64,000 bases of DNA from Macrostomum lignano (GCA_002269645.1 NIVC01000646.1:248001-312000), one strand, 5' to 3'; shown: positions 12,343 to 25,679, counted from the first letter of the stretch. Program-made: numbers and translations. The notes: a model not told the origin generated them from the sequence alone.

Positions 12343-14240
12343 CGTGTCAGATCTAAATTGTGTCAGATCTAAATTGTGTCAGCTCTAAATTGTGTCAGAT
12401 CTAAATTGTGTCAGATCTAAATTGTGTCAGCTCTAAATTGTGTCAGATCTAAATTGTGTCAGCTCTAAATTGTGTCAGATCTAAATTGTGTCAGATCTAA
12501 ATTGTGTCAGCTCTAAATTGTGTCAGATCTAAATTGTGTCAGCTCTAAATTGTGTCAGATCTAAATTGTGTCAGATCTAAATTGTGTCAGATCTAAATTG
12601 TGTCAGCTCTAAATTGTGTCAGATCTAAATTGTGTCAGATCTAAATTGTGTCAGATCTGTATTGTGTCAGATCTGTATTGTGTCAGATCTGTATTCTGTC
12701 AGATCTGTATTGTGTCAGATCTAAATTGTGTCAGATCTGTATTGTGTCAGATCTGAATTGTGTCAGATCTTAATTGTGTCAGATCTGAATTGTGTCAGGT
12801 ATAAATTGTGTCAGATATAAATTGTGTCAGATCTAAATTGTGTCAGAGCCGAATTGTGTCAGATCTAAATTGTGTCAGATCTAAATTGTGTCAGATCTAA
12901 ATTGTGTCAGAAATAAATTGTGTCAGATCTAAATTGTGTCAGATCTAAATTGTGTCAGGTATAAATTGTGTCAGATATAAATTGTGTCAGATCTAAATTG
13001 TGTCAGATCTAAATTGTGTCAGATCTGAATTGTGTCCGATCCGTATTGTGTCAGATCTGAATTGTGTCAGATCTGAATTGTGTCAGATCTGTATTGTGTC
13101 AGATCTTAATTGTGTCAGATCTGAATTGTGTCAGGTATAAATTGTGTCAGATATAAATTGTGTCAGATCTAAATTGTGTCAGATCTAAATTGTGTCAGAT
13201 CTAAATTGTGTCAGGTATAAATTGTGTCAGATCTAAATTGTGTCAGATCTAAATTGTGTCAGGTATAAATTGTGTCAGATCTAAATTGTGTCAGGTATAA
13301 ATTGTGTCAGATATAAATTGTGTCAGATCTAAATTGTGTCAGATCTAAATTGTGTCAGATCTGAATTGTGTCCGATCCGTATTGTGTCAGATCTGAATTG
13401 TGTCAGATCTGAATTGTGTCAGATCTGTATTGTGTCAGATCTTAATTGTGTCAGATCTGAATTGTGTCAGGTATAAATTGTGTCAGATATAAATTGTGTC
13501 AGATCTAAATTGTGTCAAAGCCGAATTGTGTCAGATCTAAATTGTGTCAGATCTAAATTGTGTCAGGTATAAATTGTGTCAGATATAAATTGTGTCAGAT
13601 CTAAATTGTGTCCGATCCGTATTTGTGTCAGATCTGAATTGTGTCAGATCTGAATTGTGTCAGATCTGTATTGTGTCAGATCTGTATTGTGTCAGATCTG
13701 AATTGTGTCAGATCTGAATTGTGTCAGATCTGAATTGTGTCAGATCTAAATTGTGTCAGATCTAAATTGTGTCAGATCTAAATTGTGTCAGATCTGTATT
13801 TTGTCAGATCTGAATTATGTCAGATCTAAATTGTGTCAGATCTGTATTGTGTCAGATCTAAATTGTGTCAGATCTAAATTGTGTCAGATCTAAATTGTGT
13901 CAGATCTAAATTGTGTCAGATCTGTATTGTGTCAGATCTGTATTGTGTCAGATCTGTATTGTGTCAGATCTGTATTGTGTCAGATCTAAATTGTTTCAGA
14001 TCTAAATTGTGTCAGATCTGTATTTTGGCAGATCTGAATTATGTCAGATCTAAATTGTGTCAGATCTAAATTGTGCCAGATCTGTATTGTGTCAGATCTG
14101 AATTGTGTCAGATCTAAATTGTGTCAGATCTAAATTGTGTAAGATCTAAATTGTGTCAGATCTAAATTGTGTCAGATCTAAATTGTGTCAGATCTAAATT
14201 GTATCAGATCTAAATTGTGTCAGATCTAAATTGTGTCACA
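12343..14240. repeat. 16-bp minisatellite filling SIK intron 3
   Basis: AAATTGTGTCAGATCT x about 118 with variants. Confidence 0.96.
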
Positions 14241-14326
14241 TTAAAATTGATATCAGATGATAATACAGTGCTATCCCACAAGAGCCACAGCTCGCCAATG
14301 CATCCAATATCAGCAGGACTGCTCAC

Positions 14327-14613
14327 CCAAACGTCAACTTTGGTCCCGTCGTACATCTCTCCCCTGAACAGCTCCGGACTGGCGTACTGAGGCGAGCCGC
14401 AGTGGGTGCTGAGCAGGCGGCCCGGCTGCATGAAATTGCAAAACCCGAAGTCCACCAGTTTAACCCGGCCCCGCGAGTCTAGCAGCAGATTTTCGGCCTT
14501 CAAATCGCGATGAGCAATGCGCCGACTATGGCAATAGGACACCGCGCAGACCGCCTGCCAGAACAGGTCGCGGGCGTCCGCCTCTGTCAGCTGCTTCTCT
14601 CTTGAGATGTAGT
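14327..14613 (-). CDS. SIK: Salt-inducible kinase, exon 3 (catalytic loop, DFG, activation loop)
   Basis: DYIS...HRDLKAENLLLD...DFGFCNF...LSTHCGSPQYASPELF...VDVW, with GT-AG boundaries in the correct phases. Confidence 0.95.
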
Positions 14614-14684
14614 CTGCGGGGCGGGGCGGGATTGAATTAGCGTGCGTGACCTTGCGTGACCTTGTATCACCCGATCACATTGCA

Positions 14685-15385
14685 TCACCTACCGGTATTC
14701 TAGCTCATTTATCACCTATTCCAGCTCATCTATCACCTACTCCAGCTCATTTATCACATATTCCAGCTCATCTATCACCTATTCCAGCTCATCTATCACA
14801 TATTCCAGCTCATCTATCACACTCCAGCTCATCTTTCACCTATTCCAGCTCATCTATCACCTATTCCAGCTCATCTATCACCTTTTCCAGCTCATATATC
14901 ACATATTACAGCTCATCTATCAACTATTCCAGCTCATCTATTACATATTCCAGCTCATCTATCACCTATTCCAGCTCATCTATCACCTATTCCAGCTCAT
15001 CTATCACCTATTCCAGCTCATCTATCACCTATTCCAGCTCATCTTTCACCTATTCCAGCTCATCTATCACCTATTCCAGCTCATCTATCACCTATTCCAG
15101 CTCATCTTTCACCTATTCCAGCTCATCTTTCACCTATTCCAGCTCATCTATCACCTATTCCAGCTCATCTATCACCTATTCCAGCTCATCTATCACCTAT
15201 TCCAGCTCATCTATCACCTATTCCAGCTCATCTATCACACTCCAGCTCATCTTTCACCTATTCCAGCTCATATATCACATATTCCAGCTCATCTATCACC
15301 TATTCCAGCTTATCTATCACATATTCCAGCTCATCTATTACCTATTCCAGCTCATCTATCACCTATTCCAGCTCATCTATCACAT
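14685..15385. repeat. 21-bp minisatellite (SIK intron 2)
   Basis: CCAGCTCATCTATCACCTATT repeated. Confidence 0.95.
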
Positions 15386-15869
15386 ATGAATAGGGACTAT
15401 GAATAGGCCTAGCGCCGGGAAACCCCCTATCCACTCACTGAGCTATCTACGAGCGTAGGATCCCGAATAGGCAGAATTGACAGAAAAGCCATCTGGGTGG
15501 AATTCTACACCCAGAAATATGAATTCCTTTTTGATTGATTGAAGCAATGCTAAAAATACCGGTAGATTTCGCCGGTTTTGGAAAGACAATGGAGATCGCG
15601 GATCGTTACGCGAACGCTGCGAGCGATCGATTCCGTCAGTAGTTGCCATTTTTAGAATCTCTTACTGCATTCAAGACCATGAATATGAGCGAAAAGCAGC
15701 CCAACAAATATGCAGCTAGGGATGAACTGCTAATGAATTGGAAGTACAAGCTAAATATAGATTACTGTCTGGAATATTTGGGAATGAAAAGGGCGGGAGA
15801 GAATTGAAGAGCTAGAAGGAAGGAGGGAAGAGAGATTGAGAAGCGAGGGCAGGGAAGACGGTGAAGGAG

Positions 15870-16745
15870 AAGTGGAGAGTCGGGAGAGGGGAGAAGGGGA
15901 GACTGGGGAGAGGGGAGAAGTGGAGAGTCGGGAGAGGGGAGAAGGGGAGAGTCGGGAGAGGGAGAAGTGGAGAGTCGGGAGAGGGGAGAAGGGGAGGGTG
16001 GGGAGATGGGAGAAGTGGAGAGTCGGGAGAGGGGAGAAGTGGAGAGTCGGGAGAGGGGAGAAGGGGAGGGTGGGGAGATGGGAGAAGTGGAGAGTCGGGA
16101 GAGGGGAGAAGTGGAGAGTCGGGAGAGGGGAGAAGGGGAGACTTGGGAGATGGGAGAAGTGGAGAGTCGGGAGAGGGGAGAAGTGGAGAGTCGGGAGAGG
16201 GGAGAAGGGGAGACTGGGGAGATGGGAGAAGTGGAGAGTCGGGAGAGGGGAGAAGTGGAGAGTCGGGAGAGGGGAGAAGGGGAGACTGGGGAGATGGGAG
16301 AAGTGGAGAGTCGGGAGAGGGGAGAAGTGGAGAGTCGGGAGAGGGGAGAAGGGGAGACTGGGGAGATGGGAGAAGTGGAGAGTCGGGAGAGGGGAGAAGT
16401 GGAGAGTCGGGAGAGGGGAGAAGGGGAGACTGGGGAGATGGGAGAAGTGGAGAGTCGGGAGAGGGGAGAAGTGGAGAGTCGGGAGAGGGGAGAAGGGGAG
16501 GGTGGGGAGATGGGAGAAGTGGAGAGTCGGGAGAGGGGAGAAGTGGAGAGTCGGGAGAGGGGAGAAGGGGAGGGTGGGGAGATGGGAGAAGTGGAGAGTC
16601 GGGAGAGGGGAGAAGTGGAGAGTCGGGAGAGGGGAGAAGGGGAGAGTCTGGAGAGGGGAGAAGTGGAGAGTCGGGAGAGGGGAGTAGGGGAGGGTGGGGA
16701 GAGGGGAGAAGTGGAGAGGGGAGAAGGGGAAAGTGGGGGAGAGGG
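15870..16745. repeat. GA-rich 24-bp repeat with 72-bp trimeric higher-order unit (SIK intron 2)
   Basis: GGAGAAGTGGAGAGTCGGGAGAGG x2 plus one variant monomer, repeating. Confidence 0.93.
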
Positions 16746-16831
16746 AGGTGTAACGAGAGACGAGAAGGGAGAGGACGGATTGGAGAGGGAGATAAGCAGT
16801 GGTAGACATACGGGATGCAGGTCTCACTCAC

Positions 16832-17012
16832 CGAACAGCTCGCCCTTGTGGGCGAATTCCATGGCCAAGCAGATGTGCGAGTCAGTCTCAATCACTTCGT
16901 ACAGTCGAATAATGTGCGGATGCTTGAGCAGCTTCATGGCAGAGATTTCCCGATGCACTTTAGCTAGATTTTTCTCGCCAAGCAGCTTTTTGTCCATCAG
17001 CTTGATGGCAAC
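16832..17012 (-). CDS. SIK: Salt-inducible kinase, exon 2
   Basis: VAIKLMDKKLLGEKNLAKVHREISAMKLLKHPHIIRLYEVIETDSHICLAMEFAHKGELF, bounded by a CAG acceptor and a GTGAGT donor. Confidence 0.95.
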
Positions 17013-17289
17013 CTGGGGGGGGGGTGCAGGTAATGCGCAGGGGTGTGGGCAAGTTGCTTGATTTGACCTTAAATGTTGAAACCTGATCTGAAAAGAAGTG
17101 CAGATATGAATTCCCGGCTAAAGGTGTTGAAATAAACAAATCTATATGAGCTTCTTTCAAGCCCTTCGATTGATAATGCATTAGTAAAGAGTTGTCAAGG
17201 GGCGTGTTTGATGAGGAGAGCTTCAGCATTAGCAGAGAAGGCGATTTTTTGTGGGATTTTAATGAGAGTTTGATGGGAGGCTGTCTGAT

Positions 17290-17580
17290 GAAAGATGAGG
17301 GGAGATGTTGATGAGAGGGATTTTGATAAGCCGATAGTTTCATAAGGGGAGATTTGATGAGGGGAGATTTGATGGATGAGGGGGGATTTGATAAGGGGAG
17401 ATTTTGATGAGGGGAGATTTTGATGAGGGGAGATTTGATGAGGGGAGATTTGATAAGGGGAGATTTGATAAGGGGAGATTTGATGAGGGAGGATTTGATG
17501 AGGGGAGATTTGATGAGGGGAGATTTGATTGATGACGGGAGATTTTGATAAGTGGATAGTTTGATAAGGGGAGATTTCGA
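17290..17580. repeat. About 15-bp repeat (SIK intron 1)
   Basis: GGGAGATTTGATRAG repeated. Confidence 0.88.
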
Positions 17581-17637
17581 AAAATGAAGATTTTTGTACG
17601 CAATTTTGATAGACAGATGCCCCATTATTAATCTTAC

Positions 17638-17958
17638 CTTGGCCTTTAGCACCGAATGGCGGGCCCGCTTGACCACGGCAAAAGTGCCCTTGCCAATGGT
17701 GTCCAACAGTATGTAGGACCCCAGCTGCCTCCGCGCAGCTCTGCACACCTGACTGTCGCCACTGCCGCCAGCACCTCCCGAAGTGCCACTGGCAGCGCCG
17801 CCGCAGCAAGTTGGAAGCGGGGCTGCCAGACTGCCAATGTCCACTGTACCAAAGCTGTTCTCTAGCTGCTCAACATCGGTGGCTGAATCTGAGCTGGTGT
17901 CAGTGGCCATGGACTGGGCGGTGGTGCCAGACCCGATGCTAGATTGGCGCGACTCCAT
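17638..17958 (-). CDS. SIK: Salt-inducible kinase, exon 1
   Basis: ATG at 17958; ...QLGSYILLDTIGKGTFAVVKRARHSVLKAK then a GTAAGA donor. Closely resembles the SIK N-lobe (TLGKGNFAVVKLARH). The joined CDS is 2439 nt, 812 aa. Confidence 0.9.
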
Positions 17959-20514
17959 GACAGCAGGCTGAACTTGGCTTGGGCTGAGCCTTTGACTATT
18001 TTTAAATTATCAGGTTGACCATTGGTTCTAGGTGCCTGCTAGTCACATGGTCAATGGCATGATTTATATAGGGTATAAATAAGTGACTTAGTTACTAGAA
18101 TGTATTTGTTATACTCAAGTATCTTAAAAATTAGCAAAGTCTTCATGCATTTAAAATTGATTTAATAGTCTAATCCTACTTTAATATCCTTAGCTTAATA
18201 TTAGATAAGTTAAATATGATTTGATAGCAATTCAACATAAATAGGCTATCTTGATAATTGTAACTCATGAAAATGGCAGTTTAAACAAAAAATGCTTTAA
18301 AGTAATTAGGTCTATGCAAATTATATTATGACCAATAATAAGTCACAATTAAGAGTAAATAGACATTATAAATACATTAGAATTAATTTTTTAATTTTTA
18401 AAACAACTGTATTTTTGCTTATAGGCTTAGATACTTTCAAAAGATTGATTTAGTTTATTTATAGCCATAGTCAAGATCATGGCTATACATATGCAAACAT
18501 GCGCAACCCCCACCCCTTAATTTATACTGGCTATATGACTTACTTTTTGACCAAAAATGTGACTTATGTATGAAAGAAACATAAGCAAAATAAACAATTT
18601 TTGGGTAAATGACATGAGTACTATGTCTATGTTATTAAGGCTAAATGCTTTATCATCTAATTAGTACTACATCTGGATTTTTAGGTAAATAAGTTGCCAG
18701 CTAGCTTGGCTAGGTATTGCACATGTATATGGATATGACAAGATAGTTTCTATTTTAAAAAATATATAGAATGTGTATATATAGGCCCTATACTGTACAT
18801 TTCTAATGATATAAAGTTATTATAATTGCTATTATAACTTCATTTAGAAAAATTATTAAATCCATAGGGTCATGGCCATGGGATGCAAATAAAAAATTAT
18901 TTTTCATTCATATAACTTTTTATAACATTTTATTATAATTTTTGCTTCTTTATCCTCTTAAATAACTTAATAAGGTCATATACTAGAATATATTATTTTA
19001 TAACCATTTAATGCATTTGCTAATTGTATTGAAATGTTATGTTTTATCTAGCACATATGGTATTTAAGTTTTATTAATGTGTATTAATAGAATTTTCTTT
19101 AAAATTTTTTAGCAATAGCTTAATTGATATAATAATACTTAATAGACTTATATTATTCTATAGCTATAGAAAAAGGAAATCAGCCATTTTGAAATATATT
19201 TATTAGAGGCTAAGGCAAATATTTTTATTCAAAGGCATACCTTAATAGTTAATTAATAAATATATAAAATTTGATATAATATAGTAGGCTTAGGTAGGAA
19301 GGAAATATTTTATATTTTTAATAAATGATATATAATACCATTTTTGTCTAGTCGAAGCCTATCTGTTATAAGGATAAAATAAAAATCATTTAAAAAGCAT
19401 TGATTTATATAAAAAATCTTTGTTGTCTAGTTAATACAACTATATATTAGGCAAAATATTTGCCTATACTAAATATTTTAGATAGACATTCATTAAGAAT
19501 TTAAGGCAATAACAATAAAACTTGTCTACTAATAGTCATATTTAATAGTCTCCTGGCTAGAGAAAAAATATATTAGACTAGCAAAATGAGACAAAGCCTA
19601 GAAAAAATAAGCAATAGGCCCTATCCTTCTTTTTCTTGAAGTGCCATCAAAACTTAAAAGTGAATACATTTGCTTCGACATGGGTATTTGTATCAGGGAC
19701 ACTATGATTTTGCACTGGGTCTATCTTAATAATCTGGATTGTTTTCGATGTTAATCCAATGGCAACTTTTAAGCTTATTTGTCAACAGTCGTGACAAGGC
19801 AATTTGACTATTATAAGTGTTACCCTGCGGCCTGCACTTGCAATTGCAAATAATCCGTTTCTAAGAATCGTATCACTTTTAATTCGCGCTAAAAGTCCGT
19901 TAGTTGGAGAACTTCAAACAAAGAAGCTGGTTTTCTTGAAACAAGCTGCATTCGAATTGACTAGTGCTGCGGCAAAAATGCTATTGGTGAATTTCCTTGC
20001 TTCTATTAGATTTCCACTAAGTACATTTCTTCCCTTCAACCACTAGAAGGAGAACCAATGAGAGCCAACTGAGTCGTTGCTTCTCTGCGCATTTAAAATC
20101 GAATATCTGATTGGTTTATTCAATGATAAGAAGGGAAATAGCATTTAAGCCATTCTATTTTTGTCTCCAGGGAGAGCCGCAATCAGCTGCTCTGTCTGTC
20201 TCATTGAAAATTTTAAATACGAGTTAGAGCAACCGATTCAAGCGTTGCCACTGTTTGATTATGCGTGTTTAAGATTATTTTATATCAAGCATACTGCACG
20301 GCTGCCCTGTGTATATTTACAGATGAGTATTGAAAATTGCGATTGCAAAGATTGTTTATTTCTCGAGTATTTAGCTTCCGACTAGCAATCTTCGCCCCCC
20401 GTTGGGGGACATCCGTATAGAATCTCTGTTCTCTACAAGTAATAAGAAGATAGCCAAATAAAGCTTTCACAAAGAAAACAGACAAACTACTCAAATGAAG
20501 TGCAATGCAAAAAG

Positions 20515-21044
20515 AAATCATCCCAAGACAGCAAGCATCCCCCAGATTGCAAGCATCCCCCGGATAGCAAGCATCCCCAGATAGCAAGCATCACCCAAAT
20601 AGCAAGCATCCCCCAGATAGCAAGAATCCCCAGATAGCAAGCATCCCCCAGATAGCAAGCATCCCCCAGATAGCAAGCATCCCCCAGATAGCAAGCATCC
20701 CCCAGATAGCAAGCATCCCCCAGATAGCAAAAGCATCCCCCAGATAGCAAGCATCCCCCAGATAGCAAGCATCCCCAGATAGCAAGCATCCCCCAGATAG
20801 CAAGCATCCCTCAGATAGCAAGCATCCCCAGATTGCAAGCATCCCCCAGATAGCAAGCATCCCCAGATAGCAAGCATCCCTCAGATAGCAAGCATCCCCC
20901 AGATAGCAAGCATCCCCCAGATTGCAAGCATCCCCCAGATAGCAAGCATCCCCCAGATAGCAAGCATCCCCCAGATTGCAAGCATCCCCCGGATAGCAAG
21001 CATCCCCAGATAGCAAGCATCCCCCAAATAGCAAGCATCCCCCG
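20515..21044. repeat. 17/18-bp minisatellite, left half (interrupted by TIR element)
   Basis: GCATCCCCCAGATAGCAA repeated; the same array resumes at 23968. Confidence 0.95.
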
Positions 21045-23967
21045 CCCAGTGAAAAATGATTTATGGATTCCACGTGGGTTCCACGTGGCCATGTGGAATT
21101 TAAATGTTTCCTTAATTTTTGCAAATTAATGACTTAAAGATGACATAATGGTATGCAAAGTATTTTTTATGCATTTTTTTTAATTTTTACTATCCTAATG
21201 TTGATGTGGATTTTACAAGGAATTCATGAGAAATAAGCGTATATTGATTCAACATGGAATCCACTTCGATAAAAAACTGTGATACACCACATTCAGACAT
21301 TTTTATGAAATTACTATAATTAATTATTATATTTATATGCTTTTAAGTAAAAAATTATTATCTTAAACGCTAAACTATAATCAGAAAATAAGACATTGTT
21401 TGTTAAAATAGACAAAATAGAAGTGAACAATAAAAAACGTTTTGTGCTTTTTAAAATTAAATTAATTTTATTTTATATTCGTCAATGTCTTGGTTCAAGG
21501 CCTTGAAAGATAAATTGCCTTGTTTATGGCTATTTAAGCACCTTAAAAATTTTAGTAGACGTAGCCTATAGGCAATAACTTATAAGGCCATGGCCTCCAT
21601 AGGATTAGAAATTAAATAAATCAGTATTTCATCATAGATAGGCCTAATACTTTTGGTAAAATCCATCCATGATAAATTTATTTAGGCTTATCCAATTTCT
21701 AGGAATCCCATGGCCATGTCCATAGATTGGCTACTCATTTTTTAAACTTAAATAGGCCTTTAGAAGTTCATAATTTCCTCCTAGTCCTACCTATTAGTCC
21801 TATCTATTTATATGTATGCTTATTAGGCCTATTTTAAGCTAGGCCTATAACTATCAATTTAGGTCCTTCTATTTTAATTAAGGTTAGGACTAGCTTGACT
21901 TTGTGAATTGTGACTAGTCAATCTAGTTAATCTGTTAAAAATCTATTTATGATTTTCTTCAAAAAAGCCTGTTAGCATCTTTTGGACTTGTTGCATTTTT
22001 AAAAACAATATTATTAATCATTATAAATAATTCTTTGCAATTACACTTGCAACCTGTTTTTGGCACAGGTTGCCTAGCAGATCCCTAACGGCCTAAGGTT
22101 GCTATTATAAATAAATAATGATTATTGTAAATTTGATCTGATTTAGGCCAAGTCCAGAATTTAATAGCCATAAGGCATAGCTATTTAAGCTTAGGCCTAA
22201 TGTTTAATCATACTATTTTTTTATCAGAGGTACGGGATTGTGTGCACCCTGGCACACTTTAAGCGACATAGGCATACAACTGGTGAAAGGCATTGCTGCC
22301 CATTCCACTGACTCCCCTGAGCAGGCACACAAGCGTGTGGATACGTATGCAGGCACACTCACACAGGAGTGTATAGCAGCCCTAACTTTTTTTATTGTTA
22401 GGCATGTACACTTCATTGTGCCTTGGGGGTTGGCTCTCAAGGCCATTAATTGCACAAGCAGAGAGCCAAGCCAAGATTACAAATCAGCCCCAAATTAATG
22501 TGATTGCACTTGGAATTGAGCCTAGGTTGCTGGCACACCAGAGCATCTGTGCTACCGCTTGGCTACAGCCCCCCTTTTAATCATAATAGGCCAGCAAATA
22601 TAAAAAAAACATGCATTGCTTTGCCTAAATACTTTATAGTCTGAAATCAATTTTAAAATAAAAAATTAAATTTATAGAAATAAATATATTAATTTTTTGT
22701 ACTTATTATTTTAATTTTATTAATTTTATTTTATTGATTGACTTAGGTAGGGTTTTCTTTTTTGCTAGAGACAAGGTGCAAAATCATACCCTATGCTCAC
22801 TTTTAGGGTTTTATGATTTTAAGGCTTAGAATGCAGTTTCTCTTTTTTCTTATATAAAGACAGTGCAAATAAGGCTTCAACAGAAAAATAGGTAATGAGA
22901 TCACACCTAAACTGTATCATCAACTTTTTAATTTCAATTTTCAAGGTGCAATTTTAATATTTAGGGTGCATATGCACACTTTGCGCTTAAAAAATAAACC
23001 TAGGACTTAGGCCTATTTAATTTTAAAATAAACTTTATTTTATTTTATAAGTATTCATCATTAAATTAGTTTTATAAATTATATCAATATTATTTATCAA
23101 TCTTAATTGGCAACAATTATTTTTCTATTTCATTTCAGCCTAACATTACATGGCCCATCCTCAAACTTGGATGTCACCTTGGTCTTGCCTTTGAAGAAGC
23201 TTGCAAAGCTACTTGGAATTTGAATTTAATATCTTGAATGCTACCTTTTGTGAAGCAACTTGGTAAGTTTTAGTTATAAACTGATTTTTTTTCTGTCATC
23301 AAAATCTATCAAAATCTAATACAAAATCTGTCATCAATCTGTTATAAAATTCTGTAATTTAACCCTTTTCTTTTCTAAGGTTGCTCACCTGACCTGAAGA
23401 AGCAGCATTCTGGCAATTGGCAGCAGCATGTTTCTGACTGTTCTAATTCTGATGCATTATATTATTGTTAATTAATTAATGCTATTGACAATGTCAATTT
23501 CAAATTATATATTATATCATATGCGCAGTGCAACTCTAAAGATATCAATATTTACATCAGTGTGTTTATTCTTTGTGTGCCAGTGACTCACTACTGTACA
23601 TAAATACACCTTACATCCTTTTTGAATATTGAATTTTGAATTTTTGTGCAGAAATATTTTTGGCTATGGCTAGTGTTTTATCTGTGTTTCAGTTTCTTTT
23701 ATATGGTATTGAGATCTGGGGTTCATATGAAATTTTGAGATCTGGTATTATTTTGAGATTTAGGATGCAACAATTTATTATGGCAACCAGTATAATGGCT
23801 GCTTACTCAATGAAATTGTGGATTCTATGTGAAATACATAATTACTTCCATATGGATCTTCCATGTGGAATCCATATCTTGATTCCACATGGATGGACGG
23901 AGACAAATGCACATATGGATTTCATATGAAAAATCCACATGGAATCCATATCATTTTTTTCACTAGG
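21045..23967. mobile_element. Non-autonomous TIR DNA transposon (possibly CMC/EnSpm-like), 2923 bp
   Basis: Left end CCCAGTGAAAAATGATTTATGGATTCCACGTGG; the right end reverse-complements to CCTAGTGAAAAAAATGATATGGATTCCATGTGG. A 2-bp CG duplication flanks it, and removing the element restores the CATCCCCCGGATAGC variant seen elsewhere in the array. AT-rich, with no transposase ORF. Confidence 0.85.
22222..22575 (-). mobile_element. tRNA-derived SINE (family A), nested in the TIR element
   Basis: Colinear with the copy at 41325-42741; degenerate A/B boxes at the right end. Confidence 0.8.
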
Positions 23968-24235
23968 CGGATAGCAAGCATCCCCCAGAAAGCAAGCATC
24001 CCCCAGATAGCAAACATCCCCCAGATAGCAAGCATCCCCCAGATTGCAAGCATCCCCCAGATAGCAAGCATCCCCAGATAGCAAGCATCCCCCAGATAGC
24101 AAGCATCCCCCAGATAGCAAGCATCCCCCAGATAGCAAGCATCCCCAGATAGCAAGCATCCCCCAGATAGCAAGCATCCCTCAGATAGCAAGCATCCCCC
24201 AGATAGATAGCATCCCCAAATAGCAAGCATCCACC
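23968..24235. repeat. 17/18-bp minisatellite, right half
   Basis: Same unit as 20515-21044. Confidence 0.95.
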
Positions 24236-24329
24236 AGACAATAAGTAGCTAGTGCGACAATTTCCTTAGCATTATAGTGGCTCCTTTAAAATTCGCTCAC
24301 TTTTACGTTTGAAATTGTGTATCTTTTAT

Positions 24330-25520
24330 GTTTGACATGGTGGCTCTTTTATGTTTGAAATGAAGTCACTTATATGTTTGACATGGTGAATCTTTTAAAT
24401 GTTTTACAGGTTGGCTCTTTAATTTTCAACATGGTGGCTCTTTTATGTTCGACATAGTGGCTCCTTTATGTTCGACATGGTGGCTCTTTTATGTTCTACA
24501 TGGTGGTTCTTTTATGTTCGACATGGCGGCTCCTTTATGTTCGACATGGTGGCTCTCTAATGTTTGACATGGTGGCTCCTTAATGTTTGACATAGTGGCT
24601 CTTTAATATTCAACAAAGTGGCTCTTTAATGTTTGACATAATGACTTTTTAATGTTCAAAATGGTGGCTCTTTAATGTTTGACATGGTGGCTCTTTAATG
24701 TTTGACATGGTGGCTCTTTAATGTTCGACACGATGGCACTTTAATGTTTGACATGGTGGCTCTTTAATGTTTGACATGGTAGCTCTTTAATGTTCGAAAT
24801 GTTTTTTTTGTTTTACAGTGGCTCTTTAATGTTCAACATGGTGGCTCTTTTTTGTTTGAAATAAAGTCTCTTATATGTTTGACATGGTGGCTCTTAAATG
24901 TTCGGCATGATGGCTCTTTAATGTTCGACATGAAGTCACGTATATGTTTGATATAGAGTCACATATATGTTTTACATAGTGGCTCTTTTATGTTTGACAT
25001 GGTGGCTCTTTTATGTTTGAAATGGTGGCTCTTTTATGTTTGAAATGGTGGCTCTTTAATGTTTGACATGGTGGCTCTTTAATGTTCGACATGGTGGCTC
25101 TTTACTGTTTGACATAGTGGCTCTTTAATATTCAACATAGTGGCTCTTTAATGTTTGACATGGTGGCTCTTTAATGTTTGACACGATGGCACTTTAATGT
25201 TTGACATGGTGGCTCTTTAATGTTTGACATGGTGGCTCCATTATGTTTACATGGTGGCTCTTTAATTTTTGACATTGTGGCCCTTTAATGTTCGACATGG
25301 TGGTTCTTTAATGTTCGACATGGAGTCACGAATATGCTCGACATGGTGGCTCTTTAATGTTTGACATTGTGGCCTTTTAATGTTCGACATGGTGGCTCTT
25401 TGATGTTTGACATGGTGGCTCTTTAATGTTCGACATGGTGGCTCTCTATTTTTTGACATTGTGGCTCTTTAATGTTCGACATGGAGTCGCGTATATGCTT
25501 GGCATGGTGGCCCTTTTATG
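24330..25520. repeat. Degenerate 23-bp minisatellite
   Basis: ATGGTGGCTCTTTAATGTTTGAC repeated. Confidence 0.93.
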
Positions 25521-25569
25521 TTTAGCATTTTGTGTTTTGAAGGTGTTTTAACAAAAAAATTATTTTGCT

Positions 25570-25633
25570 CTACTAAGATTCGAACCCAGGTCACTACATT
25601 AGCAGTCCAGTCTGCTCGCATCTAGGCTATCTC
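25570..25633 (-). pseudogene. tRNA-derived remnant / SINE head
   Basis: Minus strand has TAGCCTAGATG (A-box-like) and GGGTTCGAATC (B box); no complete cloverleaf. Confidence 0.45.
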
Positions 25634-25679
25634 TTTTTTTAATCTGAGAACATGAACTGTGGCCCTTTGAATTCAATTC

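Noticed and set aside
17991-19812. AT-rich block flanked by a TTTGACTATT direct repeat, as a possible transposon
   Set aside because: No convincing terminal inverted repeats, and a 10-bp AT-rich match is weak evidence.
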